This document shows positions 36,066-48,085 of a stretch of 64,000 bases of DNA, one piece after another. The stretch is from Prorocentrum cordatum (taxonomy: Eukaryota). The stretch spans positions 558,001 through 622,000 of the forward strand of contig CAUYUJ010000103.1 in NCBI GenBank assembly GCA_963575745.1, written 5' to 3'. The translations under genes and the position numbers were made by a program. Position 1 is the first letter of the stretch; the number at the start of each line of letters is the position of its first letter. The notes under the pieces were generated by a model, which saw nothing but the letters and a program-made list of their open reading frames with translations, was not told the origin of the DNA and did not search any database.

Positions 36066-37280
36066 CCCGTGCAGAGCCGGCGCAGATTTCAGGCTCCGGG
36101 GCCACAAATGGTAAGGAAGTCTCTGGCGAAGCGCCCGACCCGCCCTATCGGCACGTCTGGGGGCGGGACAGGGAGGGTTTGTGCATCATAAGAGGGATGG
36201 AAGAGGAGGAGGAGGAGGAGGAGGAGGAGGAGGAGGAGGAAGAGGAGGAGGAGGAGGAGGAGGAGAACCGAGGATCGAGGACCGAGGACCGAGGACCGAC
36301 GACCGAGGACCGAGGACCGAACACAGAGCACCGAACACCGAGGACCGAAGAGGAGGAGGAGGAGGAAGAGGAGGAGAAGACGGAGGAGGAGGAGGAGGAG
36401 GAGGAGGTTGGAGCATGGAGGACGGAGGACGGGAGGACGGATGACCGACCGGCAAGTTGCGCCTACAGACGTCCGTGTTGGCTTAGGGGCGTGGCCCCCG
36501 GTTTTCTTGCTCTGAGAACCAGCGGCGCCAGCGCAGATGGGCCAGGGCGCCGCTCTCGCCGAGCTTCTGGGATGAGCCCTCGCGCGAACGAAGAGGGGAT
36601 GTTGCAGAGGAAGGGCCTGTGCGCCCTGGCGCTGGCAGTTTTTGCCTTCTTACTAGAGCCTCCTTGGCTGGTGGGGGTGGCTCTCCCCTCGGCGCGGGGG
36701 GGGGAGGATCGAGAAGTTGGCTGGGGCAGTGCCCCAGGTAGGACTGGGGCCCCATCTTGACTGGACTGTGGCCCGGGGCTAGTTTCAGGCAAGTCGTGTC
36801 CCATCATCGGCTGCACACAAGAGTGACCTCTCGCCGGAGTGGCCTCCGGTGCGGGCCCACTCCACTGGGGTCCCGCGATTTCTCCGAACGCGATGCGGTA
36901 GTGGCGTCTTGCGCACCTGGGGTTGCCCCGCCCCACCCCCCGCGGCCCCCAGAAGGCCGCGCACCGAAGCTCACTCCTACCCAGGGTCGCTCTTGCGTGT
37001 AGCCGGCACGATTCGCTTCCAAGGGGAGCGGTGGACCTCTTGGATCGGAGCCAGGCCCTCCTGGCGGCGCCTCTGGCGCCGCCCCGGGCGGCCTGCGCAC
37101 GCCAGGGAGGGGGCCCAGCGCGGATCCTCGAACGCCGCGGGGACCTCGGACAGGCTCTTTTTGCGCAGTCGTTTGCTCCTCTGCTGCTGCCTCCTCCTCC
37201 TCCTCCTCCTCCTCCTCCTCCTCCTCCTCCTCCTCCTCCTCCTCTTCCTGGATCACGCCTGAGCATCTAGTTTTTAGGGG

Positions 37281-37313
37281 TCCGTGGCTTCTTGGGTTCA
37301 GGGTCGGCTCAAG
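37281..37313 (+). other. Degenerate tandem spliced-leader relics upstream of a CDS
   Basis: 37281-37302 tccgtggcttcttgggttcagg is 15/22 to DinoSL; second remnant GGCTCAAG at 37306-37313; preceded by TTTTTAG (37271-77). Confidence 0.6.
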
Positions 37314-37388
37314 CTCTCACGAGAAGCGAGGGGTGCAACTGTTGGACCGGTGGCCGACGCTACCCTTGCACCGGATCTCGTGGGTGGC

Positions 37389-38006
37389 ATGGTCTTGACG
37401 GATCCGCTGCTGCCCGAATGCCCTGAGGGTTGCGAGGAGGGCTGCGTGCAATGTCCAGTCGACCGCGCCCTTTCGAACGAGCACCTCAGAAGGTTCTTGA
37501 AGAGCGAAATGGGGCCATCCTTTGTGGAGTCCCTGAGGGAACTCACTGGAGGAGCTGGTGCCCGGATGCCAGCGACGGCATGGACAGTTGCTAAGCGCGA
37601 GTGGTCCAGCATGTTGCTACTCTTCGCTCGGGCGATGGTGCTCGGCGTGACGCTCCTGTACTTGCCGCTCAACGCTCACGGTTATGTTATGATGGTGTGT
37701 CCACTGGCAGGGTTGGGCTTATCCCTTCTTGTAATGGGGGACCTGGCGATGAAGTGGAGGCGGAACGAGATGAAGTCTGTAGACGAGGTCGATGGTGTGT
37801 TCCAGATCAGCCGCGACAGCAAAGCTCAGCTGGCCCTCTCAATGATTGCTTGGATCACTGCTTTCGGTCTGTTCGTGCTATTTAGGATATTCATGCTGAA
37901 GGTTATTGGTTGTCTTTTGTGGCTTACTCAGCTGGCGGACGCTTGCCATAACAGCAATGCAATGTCTGAAGGGCTTCGCCATCTATTGCTGTCCCCAGCT
38001 GTTTGA
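37389..38006 (+). CDS. Putative 205-aa multi-pass membrane protein, intronless (candidate retrogene)
   Basis: First ATG after the SL relics. Normal amino-acid complexity, unlike neighbouring ORFs. N-terminal DPLL and CPEGCEEGCVQC. 3-4 hydrophobic segments. No family recognised. Confidence 0.55.
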   Translation: MVLTDPLLPECPEGCEEGCVQCPVDRALSNEHLRRFLKSEMGPSFVESLRELTGGAGARMPATAWTVAKREWSSMLLLFARAMVLGVTLLYLPLNAHGYVMMVCPLAGLGLSLLVMGDLAMKWRRNEMKSVDEVDGVFQISRDSKAQLALSMIAWITAFGLFVLFRIFMLKVIGCLLWLTQLADACHNSNAMSEGLRHLLLSPAV

Positions 38007-38115
38007 TTTCCCCGCATGGTTGGGTAGGAGGCTTGCTAGTTGATCTGCTAATTTGTTGGCATGTTGGCATGTCGGCAACTCGGCTGGTTGTCTGGCTGCC
38101 AGGTTCAATGGCTAT

Positions 38116-38760
38116 CGAATGGCCTTCGGCCCATCCCTCCACAGTGCCTGGGTTGTGGGTATGAAGCCTATTGAATTTTCGGTGGGATCTCGTGGGAGGC
38201 CTCTCGGGGATCTCTTGGAGGCAGTTTGGAGGCATCGTTGGGGCCTCTCTTGGGCCTCTCTTGGGCCTCTTGGGGGCCTGTTGTGCCTCTTGGGAGCCTC
38301 TTGGGGGCCTCCTGGGGGCCTCCTGGGGGCCTCCTGGGGGTCTCATGGGCGCCTCTTGGAGCCCGGGGGCCTCCTGGGGCGAACGGCTCGGATGTTCAGT
38401 TCGTGCTCCCTCTCTTGGGCCCCCTTTTGGGGCCGTCTTGGAGCCGTCTCGGTGCCCTCCTGAAGAGCTTTTGGGCCGTTTGGGGGTGGTCTTGAGGGCC
38501 TCTTGGGCCGTCTTGGAGCATCGGAGAACCGAAACGGCGAGAACGCCCAAATCTGTCAAACACTCAGGGCAACTCAATGCTCGTTGTTTCCTTGGGCCCT
38601 TTTTAAGAGACCTCTTGAAGGCCTCCTGGGGCGTCTTGGAGGCCTCTTGCGCCATCTTCCGGCCAATCTTGGGCGTCTTTGCGCGATCCTTCGGCGACCC
38701 GGGGTCCTTTTGGACCGTCCTGTGGGTCCCGTGAGGCCCTCTTGGCCCGTCTCCGGGCCC
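38116..38760. repeat. GGCCTCTTGGG-rich (11-bp) interspersed repeat (related tracts at 7750, 9530, 32080-32270, 63620-63985; reverse at 46570-46800)
   Basis: Recurring ggcctcttggg/ggccgtcttgg units; ggcc-ttc-ggcc hairpin at the left edge (~38121). Confidence 0.7.
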
Positions 38761-38893
38761 CCGGTGGGCCTGACAAGGTCACGCGGGAAGCCGCGGGGCA
38801 GCCCGGGGAGCACGCGACGAGCCCCGGCAGACTGTGGGAATTTGGGTCGGGGCCCCGAAACGACCCCTCAGGACTCAGAGCGTGAATTACCTA

Positions 38894-39020
38894 CCCCGCT
38901 TTCGGTTCCACGCAAAACCAAGCCATACCACGCGCCTCCTCGTCAAGCGGCCTGACCAGTACAGGCTGCAATTTGGCATCGTTTGGTATCTCTTGGAAGC
39001 GAGGGTGGTCAAAAGCGAGG
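38894..39020. mobile_element. 127-bp MITE with ACCTA...TAGGT ends
   Basis: acc-TA-ccccgcttt ... aaagcgagg-TA-ggt; additional inverted ccaag..atacca / tggtat..cttgg. Confidence 0.6.
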
Positions 39021-39409
39021 TAGGTTTGTTTTCCCCCTAAGGACTGAGGCTCCAGGGATTCGGCAGAGGACTTTGGGACACACCCACTCTGTGTCCAGAG
39101 GCAAAGGTGGCGGATCTAGTTGGCCGGTCGGCAGGTTGGTTGACGGGTCGAGTGTCCAGCTGGTTGGCTGGCTGGCTCGTTGGTTGGATGGATGGCTGGT
39201 TGGTTCGTTGACGGTTGATGACAAGTGTCAGAAGAATGTAGTGGATTGGACGGAGCGAGAAATCGTTGCTGCGCGAGCGGAACCATGGCAGTTTGCGCAA
39301 GGGACCGTGGCTGCCCGATCGCGGTGTGTGTGTGTATGTGTGTGTGTTTTGTTTACAAGATGGATCGTGACCTCGGGAGCACGTACCATTGCTTGTTACA
39401 AGGGGTTGC

Positions 39410-39945
39410 GGCCCCCATTTCGGCACACCCCTCACACGTTTCGTGGTCCCGTTTGGAGCTCCGCCTATGGCCGCAGCGCCCACATGTGGTTCCAACCTCC
39501 ATGTCGGTTCGGCCCCGTGAGGAGCTCCACCCAAGGCCCCAGGGGCAGCGCCCGCATGCGGTTCCACCCGCCATTTCGGTCCACCGCTCACACGGTTCGT
39601 GGCCCCACAGGGAGCTCCACCGAAGGCCCCAGTGACAGCGCCCGCATGCGGTTCCACCCCCATTTCGGGACACCCCTCACATGCTTCGTGGCCCCAGAGG
39701 GAGCTCCACCGAAGGCCCCAGTGGCCCCTGTTGCTGGCCCCCTCCTCCTCCTCCCTCCTCCCTCCTCCCTCCTCCCTCCTCCTCCTCCTCCTCCTCCTCC
39801 TCCTCCTCCTCCTCCTCCTCCTTCGTCTGAGTTACTTCGCGATGTTCGAAGGCCCCAGTGGCGGAGCCCGCACGGCGGCCTAGCCACACTCCGGCACACC
39901 CTTCACTCGCGTCGTGGCCCCATATGGAGATCCGCCGAAGGCGAT
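39410..39945. repeat. Diverged ~89-bp tandem repeat
   Basis: cacacccctcacacg.ttcgtggcccc..agggagctccaccgaaggcccca units, interrupted by a CCT tract. Confidence 0.85.
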
Positions 39946-39975
39946 ACTCACAACGACGGCACTCACAACTGCATA

Positions 39976-40151
39976 CAGTCGGGGCGCTGAAGAAGGAACC
40001 CTTTTCGTTGGGGAGGGGCTCGGTGTTCCTTGATTGTTTCACAGCTTGCCTCAGGTTTTCCCTGTGTTTTCGATTGGAAATCGAAGTCTAACTTATGGAA
40101 AAAAGGGGCCTCGTTCCTTATTTAGGGTTCCTTCGGTCAACGCCCCGACTG
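39976..40151 (+). mobile_element. MITE family A copy 2 (176 bp)
   Basis: TA|CAGTCGGGGCGCTGA...TCAACGCCCCGACTG|TA; internal sequence homologous to copy 1. Confidence 0.92.
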
Positions 40152-40153
40152 TA

Positions 40154-41287
40154 TGGTTGGGTCCGTCGCCAGGCTTATTTGCATGCCCCAGGGCGCCCAG
40201 GGGCACTGAGGACACGGCTCTGCCGTGGCAGTGCACGTGCTCTTCTGCAACGTCGAAGGCGACCCTCCAGAACATTGAGCCGCTCTGTGTTCGAATAAGA
40301 TCGAATAAGAGTTGGGTAGAATGCCACGGTTGCCAAACGGCTGAGCCCCTGACAGCCCACAATCATATCACGTAGTCCGAACTTGCTTCGTTGCTGAAGC
40401 ATGGGCTCTGCAACCTGATGGCCCCGGAAAGGCGGATTGGCGGATTGCACATCAAAGCCAAGCGTCGAACGCGGCAGACGATGCATCGGGATGTTCAGCA
40501 GGCTCGTGCGTTGCAAAGGCAGCTTGAAGGACAGATCAAGAAGCTCGAGGGAGAGAGACGCGATGCACAACACAGAGTTTGCGCACTGGAAGAAAATCTG
40601 CGGAATCTCAGGAGCCGCGAGGGGAGCCAAGACGATGCAGCTGCGAAGGAAGCAGAGCTGAACGACTTGAATGTCAAGAGTGGTAGTATCTATGATGCCT
40701 CCAACGCCCTCGAGGCTATACGAAGTAAAGTCCACCAGGTTGGGCATGATGCGCAGAGGTGCCTTGACGAGCTGAACGGATCGACATCAGAGCGGCTGAC
40801 CGCCACAGAGGTTGCCAAGGAAGCACATCGTGCACAGAGGAAGGCTGAGGAAGAGATTCTCAGGCTGAAGAAGAAACTCAGCACAGTGAGCAACGAGGCA
40901 GAGTCAGCGAAGAAGGCGAACGCGAAGAAGGACGAGGAACTGGAGCTCGTGAAGAACAAGATGAGGGAGGCCATGAAAGCCATGGAAGCCGTCAGGGAAG
41001 CCCATCTTCCACTCAAGCTGGCTGATGCGGAGAGAGAGAGGCTCAGGCTTGCAGCTGCGGAGGAAGAGCGGCGCAGAACAATTAGGGAGCTGGAAGAGAG
41101 CTGGAAGAGGACGAAGGAGGAGGTGTGGTGGGCGAGATCCAGGAGCCCATCTCCCAAACCGGTGCAGAGAGACGTACGGAATGCTTTGAATGCGTGCGAC
41201 CATGTTCATGCGCAGTTGGGCACGGTGGAGAAAGAGGCGGCCACGGTGGGCAAGGCGGAAGCGGCGAAAGAGAAGGAGATGGAGTAA
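40154..41287 (+). pseudogene. Interrupted Cys-motif + long coiled-coil ORF
   Basis: The 298-aa E/K/A/R-rich heptad-like ORF (40391-41287) continues upstream in the same frame through one TAG (40373-75) into a CTC...CHGC segment that abuts MITE A copy 2. Confidence 0.5.
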
Positions 41288-41954
41288 GCGGCCGCTCCGT
41301 CGAAGCCAGCCGGGCAAATTGACCGCAGAGGAGCTGGTCAGGAGCCTTGGGCCCTGGAGACTCTAGAGGAGTTGCGGGAGCCAAGTGCGAAGCCAGTAGG
41401 GGGTGGCAGCAGTTCTCCCCCCCCCCACCCCCCGTGAAAAGAAAGCTTTGAGGCGGGGTCATGGGGGGGTGGTTAGGGGCGCTTCCCCCCGGGAATCCTC
41501 TCCCCAAAAACCCCATCCAGATTTTTTGCTGGAAGGGTTAGGGGGGCCCCCCGCCAGACCCCCCCCCAACGAAACCCCCTCAAGAGTTTTTTGTTTTGTT
41601 TTGGGGGGGGGGGGGTAAGAAGTTGCCTCCAGAACCCCCCAAGAAACCCCTCAACGGATTTGTAGGGGGGGGGAGAACCCCTCCCAGGACCTGCCAGGAC
41701 CCCCTGGGGGGAGCGGCAATCTGACCCGGGATCCCCCCCTGCCCCGCATTCCTACCCCCCCCCTTGCTACCCTCCCACCTACTCCCCCTTCGTACCCCCC
41801 TTCCCTCCCCCGTCAGGGGCCTGTTTTTTTATTCCGGGGCGATGACGGCCGTCACCGAGGGGGGGAAGGGGGCCGGTGACGTCACGTTTCGCGCTGGCGG
41901 CGTCTGGGAATGCTTACAAATGGCCGATGACGGGTAGCAGCACCATGTAGGTGG

Positions 41955-42652
41955 CGTGCACCAAAGCGCTTGTGTACACCACAGTGCATGCGTGCACCAC
42001 AGCGCTTGTGTACACCACAGCGCCTATGTACACTACAGCGCCTATGTACACCACAGCAGCCGCGTGCAACGCAGCGCCAGTGTGTACCACAGTGCCTGCG
42101 TGCACCACAGCACACCACAGCGCCTGCGTGCACCACATCACCCTAACTCCAAAAAGAGCTCGCTTGAGGCGTGGGGCACTGCGGACGCAGTGCAATGGGA
42201 GGCGCTGTGACATGGGGGCGCGAGGAGAGAAGAACGTCGCATCCTATTATCGACACTCCCCATTGCGTGGTGCTTACAGCCACAACTCATAGGAAGGACG
42301 CACGGATGTCCTTAGGGTACCCTTGCATCCTTGCCTCAGCCCTTTGGTCGTTGACAACTCGCCGCCCAAGAGTGCCAACTTCGGCGTTCGAGGCCTTCGC
42401 GTCCTTACCTCCCGTCTTTACTATAGATTTCGACTGTAGCTGTCCGCAGCAGGTCCTCACCGACGTGCACGCAGGCAGTGTGGTGTACACCAGCGCTTTG
42501 TTGCACGCGGATGCTGAATGTACGCAGGCGCTGTGGTGTGCACAGGCGCTGCGGTGCAGGCAAGCATTGATGTGTACATAAGCTGACTTGCAGACGGCTG
42601 CTGCGGTGTACACATTCGCTGTGGTGTGCACAGGTGCTGTGGTGCACGCAGG
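41955..42652. mobile_element. Foldback-like element: two inverted arrays of an 18-bp unit
   Basis: 41955-42137 (tgtacaccacagcgcctg)n and 42464-42652 the reverse-complement array, flanking a ~330-bp unique core. Confidence 0.7.
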
Positions 42653-43662
42653 CAAAATTTGGCGAGATGATCCAAGCTGGAATACCCCCTCATCAATACA
42701 CACGAACAAAGCAAAGTGCTGGCAGGCGTTCGCGCCTTCAATAATGTTTGCAACTTGTGTCCTCCAAGTCTTGCACGGTTTTGTTTGGCCATGTCGGGAC
42801 AGGGACTTTATCTCCCCACCGCTAGGCGACGCCCCAAATGCCCTTCAAAGGAACTCTCGTCACTCCGCTGCATGTCGGCTGGCGAGCGTGCTTCTGACTG
42901 CATCAGTTTGGTGTTTCTTGTCGCTTATCTGTATTGTGTGTGTGTGTGTGTGTGTTCGGCAAGCGCCCAGGATAATGCCGTCCACATTTCCCAGGAGGCG
43001 AAGAGCAGCTTGATATCCTCGAGACAGCTGCGGGCGACCGCGCACCGAGGAATGAGGTAAGGGGTGAGGAGGCGGCGGCGAGGCGGGACAGCTGGACCGT
43101 CTGTGCGCGCATTGCGCGTATGCGTATGCATGTCTGGTCCTTGATTCCGCATTGCTCCAGGCGTATGCCAGTTCGGCGTATACCAGCGCTGTCATGTTGC
43201 ACCCATGGTTTTGGCTCAGCTACACGTCGGAGGAAAGAACGTGTGCGTATCCAGACGTGCGTATGCGCACGTGGGGTAAGCATTCCACATGGGGCGCGGG
43301 AGCGTGCGCATGCGAATCCTGCACACGCACTTGCATGCCAATCCGCGTCGCCTTGTTCGAATGCCCCCGCTCCCTCCGATCCCCTTTTAATGCGACGAAT
43401 GGCCGTCGCAACGTGTCTTTCCGCTCATCGAGCCTTCAGTCTTGGCGACACCGTCACGATCTTTGCGGCTGTCGCAGTCTCACGGTGGCGATCAGCAGTT
43501 ACGCCGAAAGTCTCGCATCAAGGGGGCGTTGTAACTGACATCTAGGGGAGGGGACCCTCACAACACCTCTACCCTCCTCCGCCTCCCACCGCCCCCCCAC
43601 CACCACCACCCTGGCATGCAAAAAGCTGGAGTACATCCCACTGTGCTTTCGAAAGGGGTTCA

Positions 43663-43762
<100 letters not shown>

Positions 43763-46150
43763 ACGTTCCCCAGCTCGGCCCTTGGGTGGTCTCCTCGGGC
43801 GATCCCCGCAGCCCCGGCCGTGGCAGGGCCAAAGAGGGGAGGCGATCCCTATTGAAAGTCCCTTCTGACCGCGGGAAGAGGACTTCACCCGCACCCGCAT
43901 CGTCCCTCGCAGCCGGTGCGCCAAGTAGGAGACGAGTGGGGTCCTTCCGTCGGAGTAATTTGTGTGTATTTATTTGTGTGTTCCAGGGCCCCTTGACAGA
44001 TGACCGAACGCGATGCGGAAGCAGCGTGGATGCGCGCTCGGGTTTGGTCTCCGCGCGGCCCCCGAGGGTCGTGCGCCAGGGGTCGCTCCTGCCTCTAGGG
44101 TCACTCCTTGCGTGTAGCCGATGGACTGTGGGCGGCTCTTCCGCTGGTCGGGGGCAGGGGCCAGGACCGTGGCATGACGCTCGCAGCCGCCGCCGCCGCG
44201 TACAGTGCAGTGGACATTCTTCGGGGTTCTGGAGCGCGAGGAGGAGGAGGAGGAGGAGGAGGAGGAGGAGGAGGAGGAGGAGGAGGAGGAGGGTCGGGTC
44301 GGGTCGGGTGGAGGGCGGGCTCCTGAGCCCGCCTGAGGGGGGGCGACAAGAGGTGGCACCCCGCGATTGCGGACAAAAGGTGGGGGGGCGGGCGCGGGGT
44401 GGGTCGCGGGGCGATCCGCGGGGGAGGCGACGACAGCAGTCAATAGCAAGCAAGAAACAGGCATGATCTGGGCCACGGAGTCCCACTCCACCCACGCACC
44501 CGGGGATGGTGTAGGACCGTTCGGCCCCCTCGCTCTGACGCTTTGCTTCGGGTGGAAGTGCGCACACAGCCGAGCACCTGATTAAGAAACCTCCTCCCGA
44601 AACGCTGGGCCAGCGTTCCTGAACCAGCTTGCCGGAAAGCTGCCCCAGTTTGTCATGCACGTTCGCCCGTTCCAGCGTGAACGCAAGAAATTGGCCCAGG
44701 TTTGTCTTAGCTGGGCGGGATAAGTCCGTTCCAGAGCGTTCCAGAACGCTCTCAGAGCGTTCTGGAACACTCGGAGCAGGCCGCGGCGCCCGAGGCATCC
44801 TCCAGAGCCGCGGCATCTCACAGGTTCTCGATTTCACCTCGTCCTGGCCCCGTCCTTTCAATTGAGAACTTCTGGGAAGCTGGCCCAGATTTCTGCTGCG
44901 TCGGGCGAAGGCCCGCATCATCGCCTCGGTGTCTGCGTGTGCGTCTCCCCGCCCGGCCCGCGCGCGCCGCGCCGACCGCGCAGCTCTCGTCGCGGCGGGC
45001 CGGGGGCTGGCGCGCGCAACCCGGCGGCTGCCCGCGCCCATCCTCGCCCTCGCCTTTTCTCCCTTTCCTCCTCCTTCCTCCTCCTCCTCCTCCATCCTCG
45101 GCTCCACAGCCTCGCCCCTCCTCCTCCTCCTCCTCCTCCTTCCTCCCTCCTCCTTCCTGCCCCTTCCTCCTTCTTCCTCCTTCCTCCTCCTTCCTCCTTC
45201 CTCCTCCTCCTCCTCCTCCTCCTCCTCCTCCTCCTCCCCCCTCCTCCTTCCTCCCCTCTTTCTCCGCTCATCCTCGCCCTCGCCCTTCCTCCTCCTCCTC
45301 CTCCTGCTCTTCCTCCTCCTCCTCTCCTCCTCCTCCTCTTCCTCCTCTTACTCCTCCTCCTCCTCCTCCTCCTCCTCCTCCTCCTCCTCCTCCTCCTCCT
45401 CCTCCGCCCTCCTCCTCCTCCTCCTCCTGCTCCCCCTCCTTCTCCTCCCTGGCTCCACAGCGGTTCCGGTTCAGTGTTGTTTTGAAATGTGCGGCTTGGG
45501 CTCGAAACTTCCAAACATAGTTCAATGTTGAAGGTTTTTGCAAGTTTTGTCGTGGATTCGAAATCCCGGAAGCCCTAGAACAACTACATAGGTCTTTAGG
45601 TTTTGTGGGTCTTGACCCCGGCCTGGCGGCGAACCATGTTTTATTTGGTTGTGCGTTTTCTTCGGTGCCGAAGCCGGTTTTTGTCTTTTGAGCCGCTACA
45701 GGCGAACCGCTCTTCTGCCCCAGTGCCCCACCTTGCGCTGGGGCATAAGAGCTGATGTGGTTGCTGACGGAGAGTATCCCCTTCCGCCCCCCCTGATCCT
45801 CCTCGGATGTCTCTCAGGAGGGAAAAAACACACAGACACAATAAATCGTCGATCCCAGGAAAATATGGAAAATATGGGAAGTGGGGGGAAGACAAGAACC
45901 CAGAACATGTGGGAAAATATGGGGAATCCTCTTGTTTGTGTGAATTTATTTGTGTGTCTCAGGGCCCCTTCAAAGAACTGATATGGCTGCTGACGGAGAT
46001 TATCCCCTTCCGCCCCCCCTGATCCTCCTCGGATGTCTCCTCCTCTGGGCGCTGATGCCTGTCATGCCTCCGCCGTTGCTGCTGCCCCGGCTGCTGGTGC
46101 TCGTCTTCGTGGAAGTCCTGCGCAGCATGCAGGCCAGGCAAAGACAGTCA

Positions 46151-47077
46151 ACCTAGGTTTAAGTCGGGCCTGTCCCTCTACAGGGGGAATATACAAAAAT
46201 AGTATAAAACATTATACAAGTGGCACGTGTGTGCCCAGGCTCATACAAAAAACTGAAGGGGCGTTTGAAGCAGGAGTGAAATGCAACATCGAAGTCGCAC
46301 TCGAGCGCAAGTGGGGTTGCCACACCTTGCGATGTGTGTACCAGGGCCCTCAGGAAGCTTTAGGAGACCCGACTTGGATACCAGAAGAGGCTCCAGGAGG
46401 CCCCAGGATTGTGAGTGTTGTGTGTGTGTGTGTGTGTTTGTGATGTATGCTTCGTGTGGTGCGTGCTTTTTGTGTGTGTGTTGTAGGTGTTGTGTGTGTG
46501 TGTGTTATGTTTGTCTAGCGTGTGATGTGTTGGGCGTGATTTGTGTCTCTGTGTGCATGTAGTTCTGAAGCCCCAGGAGGCACCAGGAGGCCCCAGGCGG
46601 CCTCAGGAGGCCCCAGGAGACCCCAGGAGGCTTCAGGAGGCCCCAAGAGGCTCCAGGAGGCCGCAGGAGGCCCCAGGAGGCCCCAGGAGGTTTCAGGACA
46701 CCCCCAGGAGGCTCCGAGGCGGGGTCTGGGGTGCCAGAAGGTTCAGAAGGCCCAGGAGGCCCCAGGAGGTTCCAGGAGGCCCCCAGGAGGCTCCGAGGCG
46801 GGGTCTGGGGCTCGATTTTGGAAGGATTTTTCAAGCGAAACCGCCATTCACTGAGAATCGGGGTCACAATTATTGAAATTACAATGCGTTTTTGAAGGTT
46901 TTATGTTAAACTGTTGAATTTCCAATGTGTTGTTGGACCCTGACGTCGCGATCTGCGTGAGGGGTGCCACCGATTTTCATAATTTCGAGGATGTCCCGAG
47001 CGAAACGCCCAGAAAAATCGCGGACGCGTGCGCATTAATCGCCTCTGAGCTCTACTCCCTCGGAGAGGTGCGTATGA

Positions 47078-47112
<35 letters not shown>

Positions 47113-47188
47113 AATGTTTGACCAGTTGGTTTTTGATTTTTCCTCGAAAATCACCCTGTAGGGGGACACGCCCGACTTAAACCTAGGT
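46151..47188. mobile_element. 1.04-kb non-autonomous DNA transposon with 35-bp TIRs
   Basis: acctaggtttaagtcgggc[c/g]tgtccc[t/c]ctacaggg, 33/35 between 46151-46185 and 47154-47188. Interior has (TG)n, 10-bp CCCCAGGAGG repeats and (TA)n. No transposase. Confidence 0.9.
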
Positions 47189-47189
47189 G

Positions 47190-48085
47190 GACCAGCCAAA
47201 TCACCAGGCTAGCCAGACCAGGTACAGTAGCCAATCGATCAGCCAACCAAGACCGACCAACCAGACTAGACCAAGCAGACCAGACCAGGCGAACCAGATG
47301 AACTACTCGACCGACTCAACCAGACCAGACCAAGGCCAGCCAAGCGAACAGAGGTCTACCAACACACTTCAACAAAAAAGGAAGCATGCCAGGCAGACCA
47401 ATTGGAGCAAGAAGACGAACCAGCTCAAAAAAACGGACAGCACCCGACAAAACCAGACCAGACCGCACTAGGCCGAGCAGACAAACCAGACCAACCGTTT
47501 CTCCTCCTGGTGGGCGCACATGGGCAACGCCTGGCGACGCACATGATGAGATATCGAATCGATCAAGGCAGGGAGGACGAGAGAAAGGAAAGCGTGCGCA
47601 AAGACAGCAGACGAGGAAGAAAGGGGTGGGAAAGGATGGAGGGACAATCGAGAGATCATGCAACGCAGTGCAATTCGAAAACAAACTCGCGCTGTGCGCT
47701 GTGTGCTGCGCTGCGCGGTAGAGCAGACCAGCCAGACCAAGCAGACCAGCAGCCATCTAGACCAGTGAAGCCCGGGCCCGGACCAGAGTGAACATATCGA
47801 CGAGATCAAACATCAACAATGCAATGGGAACAAGTTGCAGCGCAACAATTATTGGACCAGGCATACCGTCCAGACTAGCGAGACAAAGGAGCCAGTTGGA
47901 TCAACTAGACCAAGCAGCCAGCCAGCCAGACAAGTCAGCCAGACCAGACCAAGCAGACCAACCGGACCAGCGAGGCATCCAGACCGGGCAAGCTCCAACG
48001 ATATCCAGCAGATCTACCCAACTCAGCCAGACCAACCAGACCAGCCAGACCAAGTAGACCATCCAGACTAACCAGACCAACCGGA
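47190..48085. repeat. CCAGACCA-rich degenerate minisatellite
   Basis: Directly visible; interrupted at ~47495-47720. Confidence 0.75.

Noticed and set aside
41400..41870. G/C homopolymer-rich segment (G-quadruplex candidate)
   Set aside because: Irregular homopolymer runs are also consistent with low-quality long-read consensus; cannot be supported.
43203..43219. SL-like CCATGGTTTTGGCTCAG
   Set aside because: Needs indels to match the SL and no credible downstream CDS.
44600..44892. Weak inverted repeat ctgggccagc..ttcc / ggaagctggcccag
   Set aside because: Short match with undefined termini and no TSD.
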